NCBI GenBank assembly: GCA_951406725.2 | Contig: OX597839.1 | Coordinates: 32,178,001-32,242,000 of the forward strand | DNA: 64,000 bases | Source: Octopus vulgaris | Lineage: Eukaryota | Direction of reading: 5' to 3' | Shown here: positions 1 through 11,795 of the stretch, piece after piece | Layout of the letters: each line of letters starts with the position of its first letter | How positions within the stretch are numbered: position 1 is the first letter of the stretch | Translations under genes and position numbers: made by a program | Notes under the pieces: generated by a model | What the model saw: the letters and a program-made list of their open reading frames with translations, nothing else | Databases searched by the model: none | What the model was told of the DNA's origin: nothing

Positions 1-1073
1 CGTTTAATGTCTACTTTCCATGCTGGCATGGGTCGGATGGTTTGACTTGCCACTCCTCACTCAAACCGTCCAACCCATGACAGCATTGGAAAGCAGATGT
101 TAAACGACAACGATGATGAAAGACCAGTGATCCATAAATTTATGAAGGAAAGAAGGGGTTGTCTCAAGAATAAAGGACACCGAAAGGCTCCCTGCTTTTG
201 TCTCATCCCAGGTCAGCCTTTATTCTACAGAATTATGATACAAGGAGTTGAACCTGTATCCATCTCATTTCTATTTCATGCTGCAGCCAGAATATCAATA
301 TACGTGTGTGCGTCTCTTTTAGATAATAAAGCATGGTTTAAGGAAGAATTGGCTGTTATTTCTAGGATCCTTTGTTAGTGGTTGTAGTAAAGAGTGTTCG
401 TAAGGCCATGGGTATCTTTTAATAGATGCAGGCATGGCTGTGTGGTCAAGGAGTTTGCTTCCCAACCATGTGGTCTCGTGTTCAGTTCCTCTGAATAATC
501 ATTTTAGCAATTGTCCTCTGCTATAGGTCTGAGTTGACCAAAGCTTTCGGAATAGATTTGGTAAACTGAAACTGAAAGAAGCCCATTTGTACGTATGCAT
601 GTGTGTGTGTATGTTTTATCTCATCTTAATATGGCATGGTTGTCGTAAATGAGATTCACTGTCATACAAGCAGGGTTGTTCATTTCCAATTTTCTATGAA
701 AATGTCCATCCGTGGGGAAATATCAACTGGCCTGGAAACAGTTGATGGGAGGCAACAGGAAGCACATCCAGCCCTGAAAATCTGCCTCGATTTCTGACCC
801 ATACAACCATAGGAAAATAAATGATAATGACGGTGCAATGCTAAAATTCTGTTGGTCAACTGTTGTGGAAGGATTCTGACCACCCCTCAAGTGACTAAAA
901 GGTGGACTGACCCATTGTTATAATACAAAGAACTGTGAGCAATTAGCAGTTCACTGTGAACCTCTCATCCAGAGCATTGGGTCTCGTGTAATAGTAGTGA
1001 GTTGTGTATATACTTTCTTTCCCCTTGCTTCATTACATTCTCTATCCAATACAAGGATACAAATACCAGAACA

Positions 1074-1300
1074 GGTGGTGAGCTGGCAGAATCGTTAGCA
1101 CGCCAGGCGAAATGCTTAGTGGTATTTCATCTGCCGTTACGTTCTGAGTTCAAATTCCACCAAATTCCGACTTTGCCTTTCATCCTTTCAGGGTCGATTA
1201 AATAAGTACCAGTTACGTGCTGGGGTCGATATAATTGACTTTATCCATTTGTCTGTCCCCTCTGTGTGTAGCCCCTAGTGGGCAGTGAAGAAATAAGAAA
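1074..1300 (+). mobile_element. tRNA-derived SINE family C (Meta-like core)
   Basis: GGTGGTGAGCTGGCAGAATCGTTAG head and GCCTTTCATCCTTTC..GGTCGAT..AAGTACCAG core; repeated at ~24860, 34623, 41282, 48914, 54600 and 57746. Confidence 0.8.
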
Positions 1301-1330
1301 ATACCAGAACAAAAAATACTTCTCAGTTCC

Positions 1331-1577
1331 TTAAAACACAATCTCCTGGGCAGATTCCATGGGTACTTTAGGTTTTGAACCTTTGGCCGCAAGACTCAAA
1401 TCTCTTGCCCACAGATATTCACAAATTGTAGTCAACACTAATTCCATGGAAGGCACTGATTCCCTTCCCTGGGTTGTGTCTGTTAAGTTCTGAATCTTCA
1501 AAACTGGGATTTCCCAATTCTGTTCAAAATTCTCAATATCTCTTTGAGTGATTTCACTCTCATCGAATTTATCAAAT
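1331..1577 (-). CDS. CPLANE2: CPLANE2 last coding exon
   Basis: K-FDKFDESEITQRDIENFEQNWEIPVLKIQN...ICEYLWARD...EIVF*. Completes the G4-like TKFD motif; the joined CDS is 774 nt (257 aa). Confidence 0.88.
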
Positions 1578-2525
1578 CTGGAAGGAGTCAAGGAATACAT
1601 AAAAAGTTGAGTTTTTAATATCAACAACAGTTAATGGTGTATGAATGAAGCTTAATCTAGCTGTCAGCAGCTGAGATAATCTCTCTCTGCACAAGAATCT
1701 CAGTTTGTCACAATATAGTTAGTTAACTTTTTGGCTCAAAAAGCAAAAAGCAAGGCCATGTAGGGGGGACATGGAGTTATGTACAGGGTGGTGTTCATGT
1801 AAAGAGTTCAGGCCACTTGAAGTCAAGGGAGACTTCGAACAAAGCGGTCGTCGGCATCTTCACCATCTCGTCTGGCAGCTTGTTCCACGGATCCGCAACC
1901 CGGACGGAGAAAGCCCCTCTCCTTCGATTGAGATGAAATCGTCGCAGATAGAGCTTTTCGGAATATAAACTCGTAATTGTCAATTACACAAGCCTCAGTT
2001 CCTTAACCCTTTTAATATTCAGATTTCTGTCAAATCTAAAGCTTATTTATTCGCATTTTTTTTTTAATTAATCATTCATCATTTCGTAGCTTTGAGTTTT
2101 CAATGATGTGATTGTATATTTTTAGAATGACATTGTCGGGTAGGTGTGAGAGGCTGGATCTAGCTGGTTTGAACACAACACAGGTAGAATAATATTTGGA
2201 TCAGATATGGCCGATTTAAATGCAAAAAGGTTAAATCAGAATGCTGTCGATGTAACCCACTTCCCCTCCCCTCAAAAACTGTTGGCCCTGTGCCATAATT
2301 TGAAGCCAATATTATTAAAGGCTGCGAGCTGGCAGACAGCTCCAGGTCAACCTTAATAAATAGAAGCTTCCTCATTGGCTCAAGCTATGTGTTACACTTT
2401 ACCATGGTACCTATTTATCAGTAAAAGGAGTGAACATTTGACAGGTTTTTTTTTACTGAAGAACCAGCCAGTTGCCTCTCCCTTCATGGCACTCACTAAT
2501 GATACTAATTCAAGAAAAAGGATAT
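1578..2525 (-). other. U12-type (minor spliceosome) intron with AT-AG termini
   Basis: 5' end ATATCCTTTTT at 2525. U12 branch-point TTCCTTGAC at 1595-1587, about 10 nt from the 3' CAG at 1580-1578. Splicing here keeps the frame (AA|A = Lys). Confidence 0.85.
1790..1985 (-). mobile_element. LINE (CR1/L2-like) ORF2 3'-end relic
   Basis: RRFHLNRRRGAFSVRVADPWNKLPDEMV...LFEVSLD resembles the typical CR1/L2 C-terminus (R+.FFS.RV+..WN.LP..VV....FK..LD). Confidence 0.7.
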
Positions 2526-2662
2526 TTGGTTCCAACAGCAATTCGGCAGATGTCATCACCAAGTTCTGTGAATCGACAGATCATCTGTGGGAGGTCATCA
2601 AAACTACTTTTGTCAACGAGTGAGAAGAGGAACATGACACAGTCGATGCCATCCTTGCACGC
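2526..2662 (-). CDS. CPLANE2: CPLANE2 coding exon 4
   Basis: ACKDGIDCVMFLFSLVDKSSFDDLPQMICRFTELGDDICRIAVGT-K (not in the ORF track as such). Starts after a ttgcag acceptor and ends at an ATATCCTTT U12 donor. Confidence 0.88.
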
Positions 2663-3392
2663 CTGCAACAGATTAGCCACAAAAAGGGAAGCACGAAAAT
2701 TATCGATAATAATAATAATAATAATGATGAAATTCTGTTTGTCACAGCATGTGTTTGAGTGTTATGCCTTAACTTTGAAATGAAAATGAAAATCAAAAAC
2801 ATCTTTGGAATCTTTTAACATAATAGGTACAAGAGTGGCTGTGTGGTAAGTAGCTTGCTTACCAACCACATAGGTGCAGGGGTAAGAAGCTTGCTTACCA
2901 ATCACATGGTTCTGGGTTCAGTCCCACTGTGTGGCACCTTCTACTATAGCCTCAGGTCAACCAAAGCCTTAGGAGAGGATTTGGTAGACAGAAACTGCAA
3001 GAAGCTCATCATTTACATATGTCTTTGACTTTCATGCTTTTGGGGTTTGATAAAATAAAGTACCAGTCAAGTACTGGTGTCAATGATGTTGTTGTGATAG
3101 CACCACGTAAAAAGCCCTGGTGTTGGTGCCCCATAAAAAGCACCCAGTACACTCTGTAAAGTGGTTGGTTTTAGGAAGGGCATCCAACAGGGGACATTGG
3201 AAGCTGATGCAGCCCTTGGACCTGATGAATCCTTTCAAACTGTCTAACCCCTGGCAAAATTGTTGGTGTGTTGGACAAGCTTCCCTTGCAGCATTTGTTC
3301 CAACTCTTTATTGCGTCCCGCAGCCCTTCTCTCCCCTCTGACAAAGCAGTAAAAGAGAAATAAACTAAAAAAAATTTTAAAGTAGAACTGAC

Positions 3393-3517
3393 CGGAAGGA
3401 TGTGGTCAAACTTCTTGGCTGCCATTTCTCCACTTTCCCAGAAATTTAGATTAAATAACACAACTTTGTTCAATTGGCGTATACGGGCAGGCCAGTAATT
3501 CCGGAACACTTCGATGC
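3393..3517 (-). CDS. CPLANE2: CPLANE2 coding exon 3
   Basis: IEVFRNYWPARIRQLNKVVLFNLNFWESGEMAAKKFDHILP matches RSG1 WPAK...FWDCGE.ALKKFDH.L; cag acceptor and GTCAGT donor. Confidence 0.92.
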
Positions 3518-4061
3518 CTGTTTCATAATAATAATAATAATGCTGATAAACATGATGATGACAACGTAAGGAACTTTAACAGAGACAATCAAAAAGCCCA
3601 AAGTCATTTTCAGTCTCTTAGCTACATTATATCTTAACCCATTACAAAAATTCTATAATTATAAGCATAATCTTTACCTGTGTGAGTTGAGAGTATTACT
3701 GTCTGGGAGATATCTTATGGTAATGGAATAGTATTTAACTGCTATTTCTAAATTTTAGTATATAGTGAAGTAATATTTGCTGAACCCTAATTATAATTAT
3801 GCTTATAATTATAGAATTTTTGTATAAGGTTACCGATAATGGTTCTTTTAACATACCAAACTACTTGGTAAAATTATTAATTATTAATTGATTAATTAAT
3901 TTTACCCTTTATTATTATTGATTATATCTCAACCCTTTAGATTAAGATTGTAATGTAATCAGTAAAATGTAATGCTTATTAAAATAATAATAATAATAAT
4001 AATAATAAACAGGTGAAAATAAATTCTTTATGGCATCACAAATGAATGTAGTGTTTTTTAC

Positions 4062-4214
4062 CTGTTGTTTCGTAGTGGTTCTCTGGAATTGGATGTCCGG
4101 TCAGATTAGCTGCTGTGGCTGTTTTTCCAACTCCCGTTTTCCCAACCAACAATATTTTATACTCAACTTCCTTGACCGAAACTGTCTGCGGCAGATTTGG
4201 CTGTTCCAATAAAC
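4062..4214 (-). CDS. CPLANE2: CPLANE2 coding exon 2 (P-loop)
   Basis: GLLEQPNLPQTVSVKEVEYKILLVGKTGVGKTATAANLTGHPIPENHYETTG. Contains the GxxGxGKT P-loop and the RSG1-type ETTG; AG/GT boundaries, phase 1-1. Confidence 0.92.
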
Positions 4215-4321
4215 CTTTGTAAAAAAAACAACAAATAAAAACATATTCCACAGAGAATAATCTAATATTTTGGGGATTAATCATTTCCTGACCCTATTTC
4301 TGATGAGATACATTTATTAAT

Positions 4322-4540
4322 CGTCATCATCATCGTTTAACGTCCGCTTTCCATGCTAGCATGGGTTGGACGATTTGACTGAGGACTGGCAAACCAGATG
4401 GCCGCACCAGGCTCCAATCTGATCTGTCAGAGTTTCTACAGCCGGATGCCCTTCCTAACACCAACCACTCCTAGAGTGTAGTGGGTGCTTTTACGTGCCA
4501 CCGGCACGAGGGCCAGTCAGGCGGTACTGGCAATGGCCAC
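4322..4540 (-). mobile_element. Interspersed repeat family B (SINE-like, GATGAT tail)
   Basis: CATCATCGTTTAACGTCCG..CATGCTAGCATGGGTTGGA..GGATGCCCTTCCTAA; further copies at ~6420-6848, 11900-12215, 16915-17160, 26186-26440, 35785-35960, 43010-43365 and 52523-52815. Confidence 0.75.
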
Positions 4541-4801
4541 GAACATCATCATTTATCGTTCGTGTTCCATACTGGCCTTGGTTGGATGGTTTGACAGGAT
4601 CCAACGGATGTAAGGACTACGTCATACTCCAGTGTCAGTTTTGGTAAGAATTCTATGGCTTGATGCCCTTCCTCATGTCAGCCACTTTACAGAGTGGACT
4701 GGGTGTTTTTTTTCCATGCCACTGGCACTGCTGAGGTCCCCATACAGCTCACAAGGTTTCAAAACCCAAGAAGTGGGGGATACAGTAGCTTTATGCTAAG
4801 A

Positions 4802-5121
4802 CAGTGGTTTTCAGCTGGGGTCCGTATAAGATTTGGGGGGTCCACACAAACAAAATAACAAATTGGGGATCCATTGAAGCATTTTAAGGGTCCTTGAAAG
4901 GTTTTGATCTAAGTGTATCTTTTACAAGAAACCAGTTTTTTTTCCTCTCATTTCCTCTCATTGTGTTCAGCCAACACAAGTGAGTGAGTAAATAACAAAA
5001 TAGGAATTTTGAAAGAAATATCTTTAGAATTAGTTTTTAAACATTGAATGGCTATGGGGGTCCACCAGAATATAATAATAATCAGAGGAGTCCATAGGTG
5101 AAAGATGGTTGAGGGCCACTG
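4802..5121. mobile_element. hAT-type MITE
   Basis: CAGTGG...CCACTG termini with 8-bp TSD tgctaaga/tgctagga; related elements at 8010-8210 and 20024-20284. Confidence 0.65.
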
Positions 5122-5419
5122 TGCTAGGAAATGAGAGAAGTGGATGGAGCAGAGCAGGTTCTTGTAGAGGAGATAAATGGCTTCTCACGTTTGGCAAAGA
5201 GAGAAAGAATGAATCCTCTCTTTACAGCTAATTCGGATTCATTCTCACTGTATATATGCTTTAATTAATTCTGAAAAGATATTAAAAGCTGTTACAACTA
5301 AAATTCTTCAATTAAAAATCTGATGTAATCCCAAAAAAAACCAACACACCAAATCCCCTAAAAGCCTTTGTGTGAGACCCCCAAAAGGTGATGCGCCTGT
5401 CCCCTAAAAGACTACTTAC

Positions 5420-5531
5420 CAAATACCTTCCGAGACCCATCAGCATGTTGTAGTGAGAATAATATTTCTAAGCCAATCTTTGATTGGTACCATTTGAAAT
5501 CAAGCAAAGACCCAGTCTTCAGCATCTTCAT
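5420..5531 (-). CDS. CPLANE2: CPLANE2/RSG1 (REM2- and Rab-like small GTPase 1), coding exon 1
   Basis: ATG at 5531 gives MKMLKTGSLLDFKWYQSKIGLEILFSLQHADGSRKVF-G, ending at a G|GTAAGT donor. Resembles the RSG1 N-terminus as I recall it (GSVV..W.....G.E.L.......R+VFG). An acceptor (cctattacAG) lies just upstream, implying a non-coding first exon. Confidence 0.85.
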
Positions 5532-7660
5532 TTATTAACTGTAATAGGAAAAGGTGATTGGTTATTAATGAGAATAAAATAATTAAATTAAAATACATTT
5601 TCTAATTACAACGGAGGATGCTCATTAGGAGAGATGGGAAAGAAGGTGGGGGTTGGATCTTGGCTGAAAAGGTTGGAAATGACACAGGGGTTCAAATCTT
5701 CTTAGGTGCTAGATTTAGTCAATTGTCCGGTTTAACACCATCACCTGGTCTTTCTTTGAGTGTCTTTAGAGGAATCCATTCAGGTTAGCCTGGGAGTACA
5801 GAAAAACAACAACCACCAAGCAACATATTTTATCAATTTTTGACAGGCAAAAGATAAAAATTAATCTGGGAGAAATTTAAACTCTGAACATAGACATCGT
5901 ATCAACATCATCATCATTTTATGTCCATACTGACAAGGACTAAGATGATTCAACAGGCACCAGTTGATCAGAGGACCATGTCTCACTAACATCTCAGCTT
6001 TGACTATTTCTACAGCTGAATGCATTTCCTTAAAACTAGCCACTGTACAATATAATGGATGAATTTTCTTCGTGGCATCAACACTACAGAGGTTACCTGG
6101 CCCCCAGCAACACTAAAGAGTCCTCACACCTCTGCATTGTCTCTACTCCATACACCAACCATTTATGGCATATTGGGGGCTATTTTTGTAAACATCATCA
6201 CTAATAAAGGCATATCTTTATCACACAGATTAAAACGTGTAAATAAGATGTTTGAGGGTGAATATTAACTGATTAAATCTAAGTTTTTATGTGAACGATA
6301 ATTGATCTCAGAGGGTGGAGTGGCATGAAAGGAAAAACAGCTGGTTGGAATTTTCAGAATTCCTATGTAAAAGTTAACATATTCATTTAATCAAAACTTC
6401 AGTTACATGATGGCCAAGGAAGTTTTTTTTAATTTTACAAAGTGGCTGAGTTCCTTTTAAACGTTGGGACTCATGGAGGCCAAGTGGCTGAGCTTCTATA
6501 GAGCAGTGGGCCCCACGGAAGCAAAGTGGCTGAGTTCCTTTCAAGTGTTGGGCCTCATGGAGATAATGGCCGAGACCTTTGGCATTAAGTTGTGCTTGAG
6601 AAGAAGACCCATCAAGCTGAGCAAAATCACAGTCATGATACCAGTGTCACATAAAGGGCACCTGTGATGATGGCATGTAAAAGCACCCACTACACTCACG
6701 GAGTGATTGGCGTTAGGAAGGGCATCCAGCTGTAGAAACCCATGCCAAATCAGACAGGAGTCTGGTGCAGCCTTCCAGCTTACCAGCCCTGGTCAAACCG
6801 TCCAACCCATGCCAGCATGGACAACAGACGTTAAATGATGATGATGATGTTACAGCCATGTTGTTTGTCATACAGGATATTTGGGAGAGCAATTAAGAAC
6901 TTTTTTTTGTCATGTTCTGGTTTTTGTTGTTCAATTTCTGCGATTTTTCTTTTCCTTTTGTAAGTTCTTGCGCAACACCACAAACATGAACAACGGTAAG
7001 ACACAGGAAAATAATTCTCCAACAGAAAAAGGAAAGAATACAAAAGAAAAAACAACTAAAACACAAGTTATAAATATTAATTAAACCCCCAAAACAGCCC
7101 TTATGACCAACAAGCTGGCTGGAGTTAAACGTAAACACTTCTGCGGGTGCCAAACTAACACTAGTTACGATGTGAGAGAGAAAGTGTAAGTGGTACGCTA
7201 TAGTCAAAGATCGCCCAACGATGACACTATGTGGTCGCACAATCTGCTAGAAATAGCAACCAAATCTCACCTTAGCGCCTTAAATATGGAAAGGACACGT
7301 TGCATAATAATGTGGTCCTAAAAATAACTCTAAGACGTGGTGGTCATGGTTGATATGACTTTGATCTCAAATGTGATTAATGACGACAGAAGCCCGCCAC
7401 TAGAGATTTACGAAACTAAATTTAGATAAAATTAAGTCAGACTATGTCAGTCAGCCATTGTTTAGTAATCAGAAAATGTCTGGGAAATTAAAACGATTTT
7501 AAGAAAAACGAAAACAATAAAAAAATAACGGTAAAAATATATATATAATTACAGCATTACATGAAATTAAAAAATCTATTTGTTTTAGAAATCAGAACAG
7601 TGAAGAAATAAGAAAGAAAACATAGAATTTAAAGATTCCTCACAGAAAAGAAAACCTTCG

Positions 7661-7674
7661 GTAACTATGACACC
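7661..7674. promoter_or_regulatory. RFX X-box candidate upstream of CPLANE2
   Basis: GTAACTATGACACC is one mismatch from GTHNYYATRRNAAC. It lies in unique sequence 5' of a ciliary gene, next to a candidate donor GTGAGG (minus strand, 7643). Confidence 0.5.
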
Positions 7675-8254
7675 GGTTGATGGAACAATGGTAGTTATCT
7701 GCTCTTGCGAAAACACTCGCTAGGTGTCAGTTTAAATTAGTGAACTGAATGAAATAAAATAAAATAAAAAACTGGAAACTGAAATAGGAGAGAAATTTCG
7801 TTTCAGTGAGAGAAAATCTCTTTGCATCAAATCTTCAAATAGAAGCACAACATCGATTTTCCGGAACTTTTAGTTCCCAAGAGTTTCCGGATTACTGAAT
7901 CTTTCGAACAGGGAGTGGGCTACTTTGGCTAATACATTCTAAATTAAGCAAATATTAAATTTCCGTAAATAATTAAACGAAATACTCGTCCCTGTACGTT
8001 AGTGTAGACCAGTGGTTTTCAACCAGGGTTCCGCCAGTACAGTCCAGGGGTTCCGCAAGAAGTTACAAAACTGCTAAAATCGGCAGTAATTTTTAATTCT
8101 CCTGTACAGATATGTATGCATAAGACTATTAAATTATTGCACAGGGGTTCCTCGAGCCAGTGGAATGTTTCCTTGGGGTTCCGCTCCAGCAAAAAGGTTG
8201 AAAAGCACTGCAGTAGATAATAAGAGGATCTGGACTAATGGTGAACAGAAAGAC

Positions 8255-8625
8255 CGTGTTGCCCCTGCACACACACACAGACACAAGGGTAAAGACCGCC
8301 TTCTATCACGAATGACCACGGGATTGCACCCAGAAAGTTCTCCTCCGAGGCACAAGTCCGGGCAAGGTTGTTCATGGAAAGCCAGCACTCGCCCATGCAT
8401 CCAGGCCTCCCCTCTCCAGCCACCAGTGTTATCCAAGGGAAAGGCAAAAGGGCCAAATACAGCTTGGCACCAGTGGTGTTGCAACTCATTTCTACAGCCG
8501 AGGGAACTGGAGTAACGTGAAATAAAGTGTCTTGCTCAAGGACACAACACGCAGACTGGTCCGGGATTCGAACGCACTACCTCATGATTGAGAGCCCGAC
8601 GCTTTAACCACTGAGCCATGCGCTC
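8255..8625 (-). mobile_element. tRNA-derived SINE family E
   Basis: GCGCATGGCTCAGTGGTTAAAGCG..GTTCGAATCCCGG head followed by GTGTCCTTGAGCAAGACACT core; related partial copies at ~26750-27030, 30715-30970 and 56715-56890. Confidence 0.7.
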
Positions 8626-8861
8626 GCGTGCGCACACACATAAATATATAAATTGATGTTTTTTTTTACTTTTTCTTTCTCCTTCCTCTTTATTTATCTT
8701 TCTTTGCTCATGTTTGGGTTTGTATTTTGATGTGATTTTGTATTTTATATATATATATATTTATTTAATGATTACACCCGTAACACGTAAGTATGTTATA
8801 TAACAGACTTACGTGTTACGTGTGTAATTATTAAATTCTCTAAATTCCTTCCTTTCTTTTT

Positions 8862-9203
8862 GGCACCCCGTCGGTTACGACGACGAGGGTTCCTGTTGAT
8901 CCGATCAACGGATCAGCCTGCTCGTGAAATTAACGTGCAAGTGGCTGAGTACTCCACAGAATGTCGGGGAGATTCAGTGTGAGACAGAGTGTGACAAGGC
9001 TGACCCTTTGAAATCCAGGTACAAGAGAAACAGGAAGAAGGAGTGAGAGAAAGTTGTGGTGAAAGAGTACATCAGGGTTCGCCACCCCCCACCCCCCCTG
9101 CCGGAGACTCGTGGAGCATTTAGGTGTTTTCGCTCAATAAACACTCGTATTGCCCGGTCTGGGAATCGAAACCGCGAGTCCACTGCCTTAACCACTGAGC
9201 CAT
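8862..9203 (-). mobile_element. tRNA-derived SINE family D
   Basis: A/B-box head at the right end (TGGCTCAGTGG..GGTTTCGATTCCC on the minus strand); second copy at 46228-46575. Confidence 0.75.
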
Positions 9204-9310
9204 TGGTTAATTATACACAATGAAAATATAGTGAAATCAAGGTAAGTAACTCAGTTTTCTCTTTAGGCGAGTTATGGCCCTTCGCTCGCCAACAACTTAG
9301 TTCTTCGTTT

Positions 9311-9326
9311 GACCGCTAGAGGGCAG
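9311..9326 (+). promoter_or_regulatory. CTCF-like motif in MRPL16 promoter
   Basis: GACCGCTAGAGGGCAG matches the CTCF core CCxxYAGRKGGCR, about 60 nt upstream of the ATG. Confidence 0.5.
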
Positions 9327-9381
9327 GGGGTGTCATTCATGGCGATCCTTGTGGTTCTGTGAGAATTCCTCGCTCGTCGTC

Positions 9382-9460
9382 ATGTCTCGCTCTTGTATTT
9401 CTCTTCTCTTCCAGCGAGGAGCTTTGAAATGGCATCAGACGTCAACCCAAAACAGCGGTG
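9382..9460 (+). CDS. MRPL16: Mitochondrial ribosomal protein L16 (uL16m), exon 1 (transit peptide)
   Basis: MSRSCISLLFQRGALKWHQTSTQNSG: basic/hydroxylated presequence with no acidic residues; G|GTAAGC donor. Confidence 0.75.
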
Positions 9461-9944
9461 GTAAGCTCTGTCGAATCTTAAATTGTTTTGTTACCTTTTT
9501 GTTTCGTTGCAGCCTTTTTTTCCAATGTAGTCTGAAGGTCATTTCCTCTTGGAACAACAAATGCGGTTCGGATTCATTGGAACCGTCGCAGTTGGCTGGC
9601 GATGGATATAGATATATATATATATGTGTGTGTTTGTCACTTGGTGGACGGAGAAATATCGTTGAGAGAGATGGTTAACATACTTTGGCATTCTTCGGTT
9701 ACTAAGTAACGAAAGAATGTCCAAATTCTTCTTCAAAGGAATCATCAGTGTGGTGTCCCTGGACCCGGAACTGGATTTTACATGGAAGCAATAAAGCAGA
9801 TGGAATCCAGGCATCTTATGACAGCTCTACGAAGTGAATTCCATTCTATACTTGTTCCACCTCGAAACATGTATAATGCCTGGCATGTGGGCTGCAATCA
9901 CAGACACCATTTCGTCGGTGTTCTAAATGGTTCCCTTCTGTCTA

Positions 9945-10348
9945 CTCTTACTCTTTTACTTGTTTCAGTCATTTGACTGCGGCCATGCTGGAGCACCGCC
10001 TTTAATCGAGCAACTCGACCCCGGGACTTATTCTTTTGTAAGCCCAGCACTTATTCTATCAGTCTCTTTTGCCGAACCGCTAAGTAACGGGGACATAAAC
10101 ACACCAGCATCGGTTGTCAAGCAATGCTAGGGGGACAAACACAGATGCACGAACACACACACGCATATATATATACATATATACAACGGGCTTCTTTCAG
10201 TTTCCGTCTACCAAATCCACTCACAAGGCTTTGGTCGGCCCGAGGCTATAGTAGAAGACACTTGCCCAAGGTACCACGCAGTGGGACTGAATCCGGAACC
10301 ATGTGGTTGGTAAACAAGCTACTTACCACACAGCCGCTCCTGCGCCTA
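9945..10348 (-). mobile_element. tRNA-derived SINE family A (CORE-like centre, AAGAGT tail)
   Basis: Head GGCGCAGGAG..TGTGTGGTAAG with a B-box (GGTTCAGTCC-like). Near-identical copies occur elsewhere in the window. Confidence 0.85.
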
Positions 10349-10746
10349 TGTCTACAAACATATTGGCAGGAATTTGGAGAATCTGCCAGTTCCAGGCTTT
10401 GTACAGTTGGTAAATCCGACTCTTCTTTTTAAGAGTTACCTGTTGGGTTTCTTGTTTCGTTGCCTCTACAAGAACATTTCTTGTAGATTCACTTCTAAAA
10501 TAGATTGAACACATTTTCTCGTAATGTCCCCATAAGCTTGCTAGAATCCGGTATGTTGTGGGGGCCATATAAGAAAAACTTACATTTTTTTAAGGGGCTG
10601 CCTCTTAGGAATGTGTCTTATATGAGGAACAGTATCAACATTGGCCCTTTATTAAAAGTTCACCGATTCATAGACAACATATTAAATATATGGTATATAC
10701 CCCAAAAAGTTATTAAATATTTTGTGTAGATATGTGTGTGTGTATG

Positions 10747-10778
<32 letters not shown>

Positions 10779-10840
10779 CAACAAAATATTTTTGACACCC
10801 TACATCATGTGTAGCTATTTTCTCTTGTTTCTCTTTGCAG

Positions 10841-10900
10841 CTCTGATGTTTGTTCCTGCTGCTGGCCTAAAAGATTTCCCTCATCCACCAGATTATAGCA
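10841..10900 (+). CDS. MRPL16: MRPL16 exon 2 (60 nt)
   Basis: Polypyrimidine tract plus TTGCAG acceptor; (A)LMFVPAAGLKDFPHPPDYS; GTAAGT donor; phase 1-1. Confidence 0.85.
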
Positions 10901-11394
10901 GTAAGTGAGATTCTCTGTCCATCTTTCAATTTGTTTCTTCATTCATGTTACATGCTTGCATGGGTTCGACTAATGTATTATTGGGGCATTGGACTACAGC
11001 TGGATGCCTCTCCTCTCACTTATCCCTGTCTGGGTTCAGTCCCTCTCTTACTTCCATAGCACTGGTTACCTGTTGTGTCGTTGAGCACTCACAGCGACTA
11101 AATAACCCAGAAGGAGTAAAATCGGGCTTCTTAGTCTCTTTCAACCATAGACACATCGCATTATGACTGTAAATGAGTATCCCTGTCATACAAGCAGTGT
11201 CGTTCATCTGCAGTGTTCTGTGAGAACGTGTCTGGTCATGGGAAAATATTACCTTGCTTGGAAACACGTAAGGGTTGGTAAAAGGAAAGGCATCCAGCCA
11301 TAGAAAAAACTGCCTCAAATTCCGTCTGACCCATTGCAAGGACGGCAATGTGAATGTTAAAATGATGATGATGAATGTGTGGGTGGGTATGTGT

Positions 11395-11795
11395 ATCTCT
11401 TTACTCTTTACTCTTTTACTTGTTTCAGTCCTTTGACTGCGGCCATGCTGGAGCACCGCCTTTAGTCGAGCGACTCGACCCGGGGACTTATTCTTTTTTT
11501 GTAAGCCCAGTACTTATGCTATCGGTCTCTTTTGCCGAACCGCTAAGTAACGGGGACATAAACACACCAGCATCGGTTGTCAAGCAATGCTAGGGGGACA
11601 AACACACATACATATATATACACATATATACGACAGGCTTCTTTCAGTTTCCGTCTACCAAATCCACTCACAAGGCATTGGTCGGCCCGGGACTATAGCA
11701 GAAGACACTTGCCCAAGATGCCACGCAGTGGGACTGAACCCGGAACCATGTGGTTGGTTAGCAAGCTACTTACCACACAGCCACTCCTGCGCCTA
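11395..11795 (-). mobile_element. SINE family A copy
   Basis: Near-identical to 9945-10348 and 33505-33895. Confidence 0.85.

Noticed and set aside
6420-6565. CRISPR-like spaced repeats (AAGTGGCTGAG.TTC...)
   Set aside because: Eukaryotic DNA; a ~41-bp tandem array in a SINE-like element with similar rather than unique spacers, and no cas genes.
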